From contig JAIVFI010000020.1 of NCBI GenBank assembly GCA_025558095.1, forward strand, positions 620,001 through 684,000: DNA of 64,000 bases. The letters run 5' to 3'. Numbering within the stretch: position 1 is the first letter of the stretch; each line of letters opens with the position of its first letter. The stretch comes from Hyaloraphidium curvatum SAG 235-1. Taxonomy: Eukaryota > Fungi > Monoblepharomycota. Made by a program: the position numbers and the translations under genes. Below the pieces are notes generated by a model. It made no database searches and was not told the DNA's origin. It saw nothing but the letters and a program-made list of their open reading frames with translations. Below, piece by piece: positions 38,840 to 49,556 of the stretch.

Positions 38840-41623
38840 TCACTCGACCTTGATCCGCACCTCGTCCTCCTCGTCCTTGATCACGACCACCTCCCGCTCC
38901 CGCTTCGCCATCTTCCTCTCCCTCTCCTTTTTCTCCGCCTTGACCGCCCGCTCGAACGCCCTCCTCTCCTCCTCCAGCTCCCTCTCCCTTTCCCGCAGCG
39001 CCCTCCTCGCCTCGGCATGCTGCCTCGCCAGCCTCAGCACCTCGGCATCCAGCTGCTCCCTCTCCCTCGCCAGCGCCACCGCCGACCCCGCCCCTGGCCC
39101 GTGCAAGCCCGCCGCGGCGTGCACCATCCTCTCCGCCTCTGCGCGGCGCTCCTCCAGCTCCGCGCGGTCCCCGTCCAGGGCGGAATGCGCGGCATCCAGC
39201 GCCGCCCGCTCGTCCGAGAACCGCCGGCGCTCGAGGTCCAGGCTGCGCGCCCAGCGCTCGTGCTCGGCCCGCATGGCCGCGAGCTCCAGCTTCGCGGCCG
39301 CAAGCTCCGCCTTCGTGCCGGTCAGCTCGGCCCGGCCACGCTCGAGCTCGGCTTCCCGCTCGGCGTCGCGGGTGAGGAGCTGCGCGATGAGGGGGGCGAT
39401 GTCGCTTGCGGGTGCCCGGGCGGGGGTGGGCGGACGCGGCTCGGGCGGGGGTGTGGGCGAACGCCGGCGCTTCCGCGCCTCCGAAACGCGCGCGGCGAGC
39501 GGGAGGTCCTCCGAGTCCAACGCCGGAAGCGGCCGAGACGGCTCCTCCCCGTCCTCCGTGTCCGACACCGCCGCCCTCCTCCTGAGCTTCCTCCGCGGCG
39601 CGGGCTCCGGCGTCCGATCCTCCCCGGCCTTCCTCCTCGGCGGCGTGGGCAGCTCGATCTCGATCTCGACCTCCAGCTCGTCCCGCAGCGGGAGCAGGCC
39701 GCGCCGGATGTCGTCCTCCCCCTTGACCCTGCGCTTCTTTCCGGCGGGGCGTTCCAGCGCGGCGGGCGGCGGCGGCGAACCGCCGTCGGAAACATCTTCT
39801 TTCTTGACCGCCGCCGCGGTGGGCTCCCCAGGGATCCGCACGGCCGCTTCGTCCGCCGCCCGCCGCTCCTTCCGCCTGCGCTTCCTCTCCCCGCCGCCAT
39901 CCACCAGCCTGATCGTCCCGCCTTGCACCACCACCCCCGCGCCGACCACGCGCTCGCCTTCCGCCGCGTCGGGAACGGGGAACGGCGGCATCGGCGAGGG
40001 CGACCTCGCTCTGCCCCTCGCGGGGAGCGAAGGCGGGCTCGGATCGCGCGGGGGGGTGCCGACCCACGACACCACGCTCGGCACGTCCGAGGGGAACCCC
40101 GTCGCGGCGTCCGATGCCGGCGACCCGGGGGTGGAGGGCAAGGGGGGGACGGGGATCGGGTCCGGTTGGGGGGGCCGCAGGCGGGGGTGCTTGGGCTGCA
40201 GGGGGAGCTTCGGCGGGGGAGGTGCGGGTGCGGGGGGAGGCGGTGCTGGAGCGGGTTGCGGGTCGGGGAGGCTGCCAGAGTGGGAGGAGAGGGGAGGGTG
40301 CCGGTACGTGCAGCGGTCTCCGAACGGGCAGTGGCCCTTTGCCCAGTAGCGACAGGCTTTCCAGCCGTGGGGGAGGGGCGCTGCGGCGGCCGGTGGCCCG
40401 GCCGGTTTGGCGGGAGGTGCAGGAGGGGGAGCGGCCGGTTTGCGGGGCGGCGCGGCGATGGGCAGGGGAACCACCTCCAGCTTGCGGTGCACCACCTCGA
40501 TCTTGCGGGACGGGGAAGGTGCGAGAACCAAAGATTTGCGCGGCGGCGCCGGAAGCGGAGGCGGAGGCAGAGCGCGCGGCGCCGGATTCGGCTCCGGTCG
40601 CGCCCTGCCCCCCGCGGGCCCGTTCTTGAGCACCACCTCCCAGACCTTCAGGCTGCCGGGCCGCTGCGGCATCCCCGCGTGCCGCGCGGGCCGGATGCGT
40701 CCCCAGTCGCTGCCCCTTGGGCCCGTCGGGACGAGGTCCGGGAAGGCCGCGTCCACGGCGCGGCGGACGGCGTCTTTCCCGGCGTCCGACCCGAAGGCGA
40801 GCCAAATCTCCGTGTACGTGTCCTTCAGGTGCTCCGTGTTGGGTGCGGCGCGCACCGCAACGCTGAGCGGCACCGGCGACTCGGGCGTCGCCAGGAGCGG
40901 GTCGACGATGTCCCGCTGCACGAGGTCCAGCAGGGAGGGAAGCTCGCCCTGCCCGCCGTCCGACGACGGCCGCGTGACGCGCACCGTGAAGCCGAATCTC
41001 CACGTCTCCTCCTGCGCGTAAATCTCGGTCACGCTCCAGTACCAGCCGTGCGCGTGGCCCCAGCGGCACACCTCCCGCGCCTGCGCCAGCCCGCGGACGA
41101 CCACGAGCGCCGAGAGCGGCTGCACGGCCGGCGCGTCCCTGATCTGCAGCAGCTTCCTGTGCCGCGTGTCCGACATGAGCCGCAGCCGTTCGGCGTCGAG
41201 CGGCAGCAGCAGGCCGGGCTGCACGCCGCACAGCTCCGCGGCCCCGTCGGGCGCCAGCGTGTAGCGCACCGGCCTGACGGGCAGCGAGTCGAGCAGCACC
41301 TCCGCCGTGGGCGGCGGGTGCGGCGGCAGGCGGAAGCCTATGAGCGGGAAGTCCGGCGCCTCCGTGTCCGCCAACACGGGGGGACTCGGCACCTCCCGCC
41401 TCCTCGAGTTGGGCCCGCTCGGTTCCCGCCTAACAGGTCCCCTCGCAGCTCCATTCCTGAACGGTTCCCTGGACGGTCCCGCGGCGAACGGCGGCCCCGC
41501 GCGCGGCGGCCCGGCCGGCGGTTTCGCCCGTCCCGCGGGCCGCGGCACCTCGACCGGCCCGCCGCCGCGCAGCTCAACCCACGGCCGCGCGGGCGGCGGC
41601 GGCGGGAGCGGCGGCGGCGGCAT
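38840..41623 (-). CDS. Proline-rich CCCH zinc-finger protein with C-terminal coiled coil
   Basis: CRYWAKGHCPFGDRCTYRH, basic NLS-like clusters, and an E/R-rich coiled coil in a long single ORF. Confidence 0.8.
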   Translation of the reverse strand: MPPPPLPPPPPARPWVELRGGGPVEVPRPAGRAKPPAGPPRAGPPFAAGPSREPFRNGAARGPVRREPSGPNSRRREVPSPPVLADTEAPDFPLIGFRLPPHPPPTAEVLLDSLPVRPVRYTLAPDGAAELCGVQPGLLLPLDAERLRLMSDTRHRKLLQIRDAPAVQPLSALVVVRGLAQAREVCRWGHAHGWYWSVTEIYAQEETWRFGFTVRVTRPSSDGGQGELPSLLDLVQRDIVDPLLATPESPVPLSVAVRAAPNTEHLKDTYTEIWLAFGSDAGKDAVRRAVDAAFPDLVPTGPRGSDWGRIRPARHAGMPQRPGSLKVWEVVLKNGPAGGRARPEPNPAPRALPPPPLPAPPRKSLVLAPSPSRKIEVVHRKLEVVPLPIAAPPRKPAAPPPAPPAKPAGPPAAAAPLPHGWKACRYWAKGHCPFGDRCTYRHPPLSSHSGSLPDPQPAPAPPPPAPAPPPPKLPLQPKHPRLRPPQPDPIPVPPLPSTPGSPASDAATGFPSDVPSVVSWVGTPPRDPSPPSLPARGRARSPSPMPPFPVPDAAEGERVVGAGVVVQGGTIRLVDGGGERKRRRKERRAADEAAVRIPGEPTAAAVKKEDVSDGGSPPPPAALERPAGKKRRVKGEDDIRRGLLPLRDELEVEIEIELPTPPRRKAGEDRTPEPAPRRKLRRRAAVSDTEDGEEPSRPLPALDSEDLPLAARVSEARKRRRSPTPPPEPRPPTPARAPASDIAPLIAQLLTRDAEREAELERGRAELTGTKAELAAAKLELAAMRAEHERWARSLDLERRRFSDERAALDAAHSALDGDRAELEERRAEAERMVHAAAGLHGPGAGSAVALAREREQLDAEVLRLARQHAEARRALRERERELEEERRAFERAVKAEKKERERKMAKREREVVVIKDEEDEVRIKVE

Positions 41624-42025
41624 GAGGGCCGGGCATGCGCGGGGGAGATTGCTGGCTCCAGATCCCCCTCGCGAATCACGCACCGGACTGGAAGATCCAG
41701 AAGCTACGCATCAACGGGACAACCGAATCATGGTGACGGAATGAGTGCCAAGCGAAGCCCCCCGCAATCTCATCGCCGAGGCACATATCAAGCTTTGAGA
41801 GTTATGGGCGCGCCCGTCCGCATGTGTGTCCGCATGAGTGAAGTGGAAGGAGCGCCGAATGACCATGCGGTCGATCCATCAGACAGGCATATGGAGATGA
41901 TCGTCGTGTTGTCTGCTTGCGGCGAGTGTGCCACAGCACACCTCTTTCGTGTCGAAGCCGTGCCAGCTCAATCCTGGAATGTGACTTTCTGACTGTGAGC
42001 GTGATGAGGTGCAAGTCAAGATCAA

Positions 42026-42337
42026 CTAATTCATCACCGGGGCAGGTCGTTCAGAGAGCACCCACAAGGTCCGTCCCGAGTTGGCCTCGAGATCGTACAT
42101 GTGCTTGTAGCAGAACGGCCCCTTGTCGTCCCGCATCTTCTGCCGGCAGAACTCCCCGTTCTGCACCACTCGATGGCACCGGTAGGCGCAGTACCTCTTC
42201 TGCACGAACCGCCCCTTCTCGTCGGTGTACACGATCTTGTTGTAGGCCCTCTCGCCGCACGGACCGAAATCCTCGCAGCGGCACGGGTTTATGCGGGGGT
42301 TGGTTCTCTCACCGTAGTAGATGGTGGGGTCTTCGCT
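42026..42337 (-). CDS. Small Cys/His-rich protein (probable terminal exon; start not resolved)
   Basis: The frame is open from a likely acceptor (ctgat...ccgcag) and reads SEDPTIYY...PCRCEDFGPCGE...YCAYRCHRVVQNGEFCRQK...PFCYKH with coding-like composition. Confidence 0.4.
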   Translation of the reverse strand, partial: SEDPTIYYGERTNPRINPCRCEDFGPCGERAYNKIVYTDEKGRFVQKRYCAYRCHRVVQNGEFCRQKMRDDKGPFCYKHMYDLEANSGRTLWVLSERPAPVMN

Positions 42338-43047
42338 CTGCGGTGGCGGACCCGGGGATCAGGCAGGTCCGAGGCGCGCACGTCGGCAGGGCCCGGGGGC
42401 TGGAGACACCCGGCGTGGTGTCGTACGGCGGACACAACTTGCCGGTCCCGACAAGCCGTGAGGCTGAGGGAAACTGTGAGGGCTTTCTCTTGAGTTTTCG
42501 CGACGCCTCAAAAGTCCAGGACGCAGACCAGTCCATCCAACTCCCGGCCGTGCAGATGCTCGTGGTCGCGGATGCGCCGGCAGCAAGTACGGTTCGTTGA
42601 CACCCTGCGCGAAGGCTCGGATTTGGCTGCCCGGCACGAGTGTCCCCGCGTCACCTGACGCACTCCGAACCATCACGCACAATCCGGCCGACCTGGCTGC
42701 CCATCAGCTCCGGGATGCGAAGTCCGTCGCCCGGCTTCGGACACGGTGCGGATCCCTCCGCCATCGCGCCGCCGTGGAGCCGCCATGCCCTCCCCTGGCC
42801 AGCTGGGCTTCCAGCACCGGTTCGCTCGCGGGAGCCCCATCAGCAGCGATTCGGGCCTCCCCGCCATCCGGACCGATTAATTGCAAGCATCCCGAAATGC
42901 GGGACGCCCAGTGCTGTTGTTTTCCGACCGAGCCCCTGAAGATCCGCGCAAAGGGTCCTGCGTCGTCGCTTGGCGTTACCGCCGTCCCCCGGGCCTCGGC
43001 CTCCGCATCGCCCCTTGAAACACGCCACTTCCCAACTTTCCAGCGCC

Positions 43048-43384
43048 ATGGCCAAGTGGTTCACATTCAGTGCGTTCGCTCCCGTCCCGTGCCCGCCCGC
43101 TATGCCGACGGCGCCTCCCGGGCACCCCTCCCCAGTCTGCCACGCGGCGCCCGACGACGCCATCCAGGACGTCCTCCCCGAGGCCCTGGGGTGCACCAAA
43201 TGGTACCATTACAAGCGCAGCGGGGTGGAGATCGAGGTCGGCGCGGACGAGGAAGCCGACGCGGGGGCGTTCGAGAGGGTGATGCGGGACATCTTCGCGC
43301 CGGACTTCCAGGTGCGCATGCCGTCGATCCGCCGCGGCGCGCACGGGGCTCAACGGGCCGCCCGCAGATGATCAATGCCGCGTG
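43048..43384 (+). CDS. Small hypothetical protein
   Basis: MAKWFTFSAF...ALGCTKWYHYKRSGVEIEVG...FAPDFQ, then a plausible intron (gtgcgc...ccgcag) and MINAA*. Confidence 0.45.
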
Positions 43385-43474
43385 ATGCAGTGATACCACC
43401 GGCGGGCATCCAATTGGGCACCAGTGCGAACGAATGTCTGGAGGTGAATGAAAGGCCATGTTCCAATAGGACGC

Positions 43475-45758
43475 CTAGAAGAGCAGTCCGCCCGCATCAT
43501 CCCACCGGAAACTCCTTCCACCAGGGAAAGAATATGACCGTGACCAGGAACCACACCGGGCACGCGATGGCGAGCGACCACGCCATGTAGCCGAAGAAGC
43601 TCGGCACGTGGAGCTTGTTCTGGATGGCGATGTTGCGCACGAGGAAGTTGGGCGCGTTGCCGATGTACGTGCTGCGAAGGAAGGGATGCGGTGAGCGGCA
43701 CGTGTGGTGCGTGCGTGGCAAGCGGCCCACTTGGCGCCCATGAACACGGCGCCGGCCGTGATGGCCTGCAGGTAGATAGACTTGGTCGTCATGAGCTCCT
43801 GCGGGTTTCCGCCGGCGACGTTGAAGAAGAGCAGGTACGTCGGCGAGTTGTCGAGGAAGCTGGACAGGCCGCCCGTCACCCAGAAGTACTTGGCCGGGGT
43901 GTCCACGGCGGTGATGATGAACCCAAGCGGGCCCTGCACGCCCTCGTCGAACATGAGTAGGATGGGGACGAGGCAGAAGAAGATGCCGATGAAGAGCACG
44001 GCGACCTCCGTGAATGGTGCCCAGGTGAAGTTGTTGTCGCGGTGCACCTTCTTGGGCGTGAAGAGGAAGTACGAGGCCAGGCCGATGCCGACGAAGATGA
44101 GGTCCCGGCCGAGGGCAAAGTACGACCAGAAGATCGAGTCCGAGGGGGCGGCGGGGTTGGTCATGACCGTGAAGCCCGCGTCGGGGTACGCCTTGACAAG
44201 GAAGCCCGATGCAACGACGAGCGCTTCGTGGACGCGGCGTCAGCTAGCTTGTCGATCAGGGGTATCCTTTCGGAGGCACCCACCGACGACCAAACCGATC
44301 CCCGCGATGTTGATGAACCCGCTGATCCTGAACTTGTCCCCCGCCGACAGCCCCGGCTTGAGCGCCATCCCCACCCGCACCATCATCCGCAGCTTGTGCC
44401 ATCCCTCGACGTACGCCATGGACGGTTTGCGCTCCGGCTCGCCGTGGAACTGCACCTGCGTCGCGGCCGTCGCGGCCGTCGCAACGCTGGCGACGGTGTC
44501 CTTGCGCACCGCGCTGCGGAGGCGCGCCCAGCCTTTGGGCTCCGGGGCGGTTGCGGCCTGCGCGCTTGCGGCCAAGACGTTGCCGGCGTCCTCCGACGTT
44601 GCGACAGCAGAGGGCCCGTTCGTCTCGGCTCCGACCAAGATGCCCCGCGCTTCGGGCGCGGTGCTGTCGGTTCCAAGCTGAGCAGCTTCGCCGGCAACCT
44701 CAGCCTCGGGCGCGACTGTCGGTGGCTCGAGCGACTGCGGCGCCGCGGCGTCGGGAGCGACCCTCTCCCCGTCGCCGTTGGCCTTGAAGTCCCCCTCGAC
44801 TCCCGCGGCCGTGGGGCCCGTCTGGCTCCTGGACGACGCCTTCCCCATCTCCACGTCGCCCCGATCGACAAACGCCACCGACGCCTTCCTCGGCAGGTTG
44901 TACGTGAGCACCGATCCCGTCCTCGGAGGCCCCACGGGCACCGACATGGGCTGGTCGGCGCCGAACACCTCGCTCACGGCGGTCGCGAAGGTCTTTAGCC
45001 GCGTGGGCGCGCGCGGCGTGCTGGTCACGCTGACGGCGTCCGAGTCCCTCCGTCGGCGGGTCTTTGACCTGCGGCTCATCTCCATGTTGTAGAGCACCGT
45101 GTCGAGGATCAGGTAGATGAGGAGGAGGGTGGCGACGGCAAAGAGCATGTGGAAGATGAGGTTGGTCAAGGGCCAGAAAAAGTCGATGCCCTTGAGGAAG
45201 CCCAGGTACACGGGCGGGTCGCCGATGGGGGTGAGCACGCCGCCGACGTTGGAGACGATGAAGATGAAGAAGACGATGGTGTGCACGCGGTGGGTCCGCC
45301 GCGCGAGGGAGCGCAGCACGGGGCGGATCAGAATCATGCTGGTGCCGGTGGTGCCGATGATGGAGGCGAAGATGGCGCCGATTAGGAGGGTGAGCACGTT
45401 CGTCATGGGCGTTCCGTTGCCGGCGCCCTCGATGACCACGCCGCCGGCGGTCACGTAGAGGGCGAAGATTAGGGTCGTGAACGGGATGTACTCGAGAATG
45501 ACGGTATGGAGGACCTCGTAGAGCATTAGCAGGCCTCCGAACTGCACCGCGAACCTGCGGGAGCGCAAGAGATAAGAACCGCAACTCCGAGCCCGTCACG
45601 GGCACCCACGGTATGAGAAACGCCAGCGCACACACGAGCACGAAGGCCCACATCCACTTCTCCCACGTGTGCGGGATCACCAGCGGGCACACGGCGATGC
45701 AGAGCAGCAGCACGACGAACGGTATCCCGTAGGGCAGCGTCACGGGCACGGGGGCCAT
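43475..45758 (-). CDS. Ion-transporter (IT) superfamily protein of the bacterial CitMHS_2 / putative Na+/H+ antiporter type, with a large low-complexity insert
   Basis: IGTTGTSMILIRP, SNVGGVLTPIGDPPVYLGFLKG, YFWVTGGLSSFLDNSPTYL and GAVFMGA.TYIGNAPNF motifs; three introns. Confidence 0.88.
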
Positions 45759-46291
45759 GGTTCGGAGCAAATCCCAAGTCTCTGCAGGCTAGGAGCCGGA
45801 TCCGGAAAGGAAACCAAGCCCGGCGCCGTCCGGGAGCCGCCCGAGGGGAAAGAAGGCGCCCCGACCCGCTGCCGCGCGGCCGCCTTCAGCGAGCGCGCCC
45901 GGGCCGCAAACCGCCTCGGAATGCAGGAGACGGTCTTTTCGGCTCGAGGCACGCCGCGATGGCGGCCCGAACGGCGCGAAAAGCCGCGATGCGGGGGGTT
46001 GTTTACGGGGCGTCCGGCCGAACCGCCGCGCGCAGGGATCGGGCGCTGCCCCCGACGAATGGCGAGAAAAGGCCGCACCATCCCGGACGCAAGGCCAGCG
46101 GCGCTTAACGGATCCCAATGCTTGTACTGTACAGGTATCACACCCGTCGATGAATCTACCCCCGACCGATAAAGATGGCCCCGCGGCGCTACAAAGCCGC
46201 CCCGCCTTCGAGATGACGACGATTCAGGATACAGCCCCCGACCGTCCGGGCCCCGCATGGGAAACCCCGGCCGAAGGCATGAGGAAGCCGC

Positions 46292-47686
46292 TCACTTGCC
46301 CTCCTGCACGGTGGTCGCCGGCGACTCGGCCTCCTCCTTGGCCGCCGCCTTGCCGGGGATCGGGAACGGCAGCGGGGCGCCGATCATCAGCGCGTTCATG
46401 TTGCTGTTGAGCTGCGCCTGCATTGCCGCCTTGTCGAGGTCGGTCATGCCCTCGGCTGTGCGGAGGAACTCGGAGTAGCGCTGCCGGGTGCGCGGTCAGC
46501 GGGCAGGCGGGCGCGGCCACGGCGCGGCGGCCCACCTTCTCCATCACCTCGAGCACCTTCTCCTGCGCGCGGCTGGGGATCACCGAGCCGCAGTTGTCGC
46601 ACCTCCGGGCCTCGCCCTTGAGGGGCTCGCGGCACCAGAAGCACACCTGCACGATGGATTCCTTCTTGCGGTAGAACAGGCCGATGAACTTGATCATGAG
46701 GAAGACGACGATGGCGATGAGGAAGAAGTTGACGATGGACTGCGGAGGGGGATCGGAGGCGGGGCGGGTGGTCGGAGGGGGCCGAGGAGGGGGCGAAAGG
46801 GGCATGCGACGGAAGCGGGACACCGTCAGGACCTCGTCCGGGGTCCGCCGTTCCCCGCACCCACGTTGATGAAGCTACCCCACGCGAGCGTGATGGCCTG
46901 GTCCGCGGTCGCCTGCTGCGGCGTCGGGTAGCTCATGTTGCCCGACAGCCCGGCGCGCATGACGGCGTTGTAGGCCGCCAGGTCCTTGTTCCCCATCAGC
47001 CCGATGATCGGGGAGATCATGTCGTCTACGAGCGAGGTGACGATGGCCGTGAAGGCGTTGCCGATGATGATGCCCACGGCCAGGTCGACGACGTTGCCGC
47101 GGGAGATGAAGGCGAAGAAGTCCTGCGCAAACTCGGACATGCCGCGGAGGGTGTCCATCGCCACGTCGTCCAGGTCGTCGAAGCTGTCGACCTTGGTGAA
47201 CACGTTCGTGGCCTTCTGCACGGTCTGCTTGGTCGAATCGACGACGTCTTTCGGGGAGGGGGACCGGGTCAGCGCGCCCATCCGCGGCCATCACGGGGCG
47301 GACCACCCACGGAGGGCATCGTCCGGCACGAAATCCTCGATCACGACCTTCTCGGGCGCCTTGGGCGACTGCAGCGTGCTGGCGTGCGCGTCGTGGGCGG
47401 CGATGAGCTCGGGGTGGAACATGTCCGACGCCAGGCCGTAGGCCGCGGGTTTGGCCGGCGCGGCGGCGGCGGCGGACGACGAGGCGGCGGTGCCCGCGTC
47501 CGAGATCGGGCTGTCGCCGGCGCCGGCGGCCGCGGGCGCCGCCGATGCGGAGGCCGTCCCTGGCGTCGGCGCGGCCGACGCCGGGAACAGCGCCGGCTTG
47601 CCGGTCTTCGGGTCGAGGATCACCCGCCCGGCATCGTCGAAGCGGTACTCGAAGCCCGCGGGGGGCGGCGGCAGCTCGGCGTCCAT
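46292..47686 (-). CDS. mscL: Large-conductance mechanosensitive channel MscL homolog, copy 1
   Basis: [37 protein letters not shown] (S1/TM1), AWGSFIN|[17 protein letters not shown] (TM2) and CFWC...CDNC; three introns. Confidence 0.92.
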
Positions 47687-49556
47687 CGCGCGCGGGGGCG
47701 GGGGGGAATCGGGCCGCGGACGCGTTTTCCAATCACACAGGGTACTCTGGTTCGGGGCGCACCCCACTCGCCCGGGGAGGGCCGGGGACGCATGGCCGAC
47801 ACCACGATGGGGTGGATCGCCGTCCGATCGCACCGGAATGCAATTATCAGCCCGACATCGGTCTATTCTACCCCGCGGATGCGTCGGAAAGGAGGTCCCT
47901 TGCTGACCTCCCCAGCCCGGCCGCACCGGCCCGCCTCTCGTTCCACCCTGCCGGCCGCCCATCCGCGCCCTGGGGCCCCTCCGACGCCTCCAAGACCACC
48001 GGTTGGCACGTCCCGCCCGGCGGCCACCGGGTCCCGGGACCGGGGAGGCCCGGACGGGCGGTCGGGCGTTGCGGCCTCCTACGGAGGGGCCGAGGTCGTC
48101 CGACCATCGGACGCGAGCCCGGGGGATCGGCTGCCCGGGGAGGCAGGAGACCGGAAGGGGGGCCCGAGGGGCGGGCGCGGGGACGATCGGCGGCGGATGG
48201 GGGGGGGGGCGGGAGGGCCGGGATCCCAAACGGGAAGGTGGGAAGGACAATGCCGCCCGGCCGCGGTCCGCCGGGTTTGCCGGCCGCGGGGGAACCGGAC
48301 GGGGCTCCAAACCGAAATATAATGAGGCGGCGGTCGCGGACCGCCCGTTCCGCGGGTCCGGTGGGCCGACGGGGCGCCGGCGGCCCCGGCAGGGCGTCAC
48401 GTGATAGGGGCGGGCGGGAAGACTCGGACCGTCCATCCGGCCTGCAGACGGCGGGAAAGCGACCCGTATCAGCTTCAGTAACAAAATAATGTGGAATCCC
48501 GGGATTTCCGCCGCTCCGCTGCCCCTCCCTGTCGCGTGGGGCCGGCACGGCGGCACAGACGGCGGCTGACCCGCCGGAAAACCCGCGCGCCATCGCGCGC
48601 TTCCCCGCCGCGATCCGGGCCCGCGACCCGCGCGGACGCCATCGCGACGATGCGGACGGACGGGGGCGATTGCATGCGGTGCGGGGGACGGCGCAGCGGG
48701 GCGGGAGGGACGGCGGCCCGTGTGGCAGGGAGGTCGGGGTGACCATTTCCGCCCGCTTCCTCCGCCGTCCCCGTTCAGGGACAACCGCGATGGAGGCGGG
48801 GAGAAGCGATCTCTGGCCTCCGAGGGCCGGGAAGCGGCGTGCCGTGGGTGGGCGGCACCCCACCCGTCCCGCGCGGGCGGGTGTCGCGGTGCGCCATCCC
48901 TCTCACATTGCGGGAGCCAGGGCCGCGGGATGACCGAGATTCCAGTTCATATTGGCGCGCGACTCATTGGACGGCCTGGAAGCTCGGCAGGCCCGTGAGG
49001 GGCCGGGCAACAAGCGGCGCACGCGGACCGCGACGCTTATCTGAGGACACAGGACCAAGGACGGGCCCGCCCGGCGGGCCATGTCGGCGACGGCAAACAC
49101 CCCGCGGATGCCAGTGTTTTGGCGAACCGGATGCCACGGACAGCGGGGCAGCGGACGACGGCCGTCCCCACCTCTTGTCCGGCCAGGACCCCTACGATCC
49201 CCCTCCTCCTCCCCTCGCCGAGCCGACGGATCGGCGATGTCCCGGCGCTTCAGCCGACGCTCCCGGGACGCGCGGGGCCGGTGATGCCCCGGACGGGCGC
49301 CGATCCGAGCGACAGTGGGGGACGCAAGGCCATCTGATGGGCGGGGGGCCCTGACCTGCGGAGCGCATCGGCGGCACCGGACGTGCATCCCCCGGGCCAT
49401 CCGCAATTTTCGCTTATTGGCAGGACACCCGCGACTGCTTTTTGACCCGCGGCGCCGGGTTCCCGGGCGTCTTTGGGGCGGAGGGTCCCAGGTCCCCTGA
49501 CCAGAGGCGGGCGGCGACGGCTGCTGCGGCTCCGAACTCACCACACCTTTCACGCG

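Noticed and set aside
38334-41992. Very long alternative ORFs (965 aa on -, 991 aa and 529 aa on +) overlapping the CCCH gene
   Set aside because: These are Arg/Gly/Ala-rich shadow frames, expected in very GC-rich coding DNA where stops are rare. They carry no recognisable motifs.
47690-49550. Long ORFs (up to 497 aa) in the spacer between the MscL genes
   Set aside because: The translations are low-complexity Pro/Arg/Gly with no motifs or coding-like pattern. This is more likely shared promoter and 5' UTR sequence.
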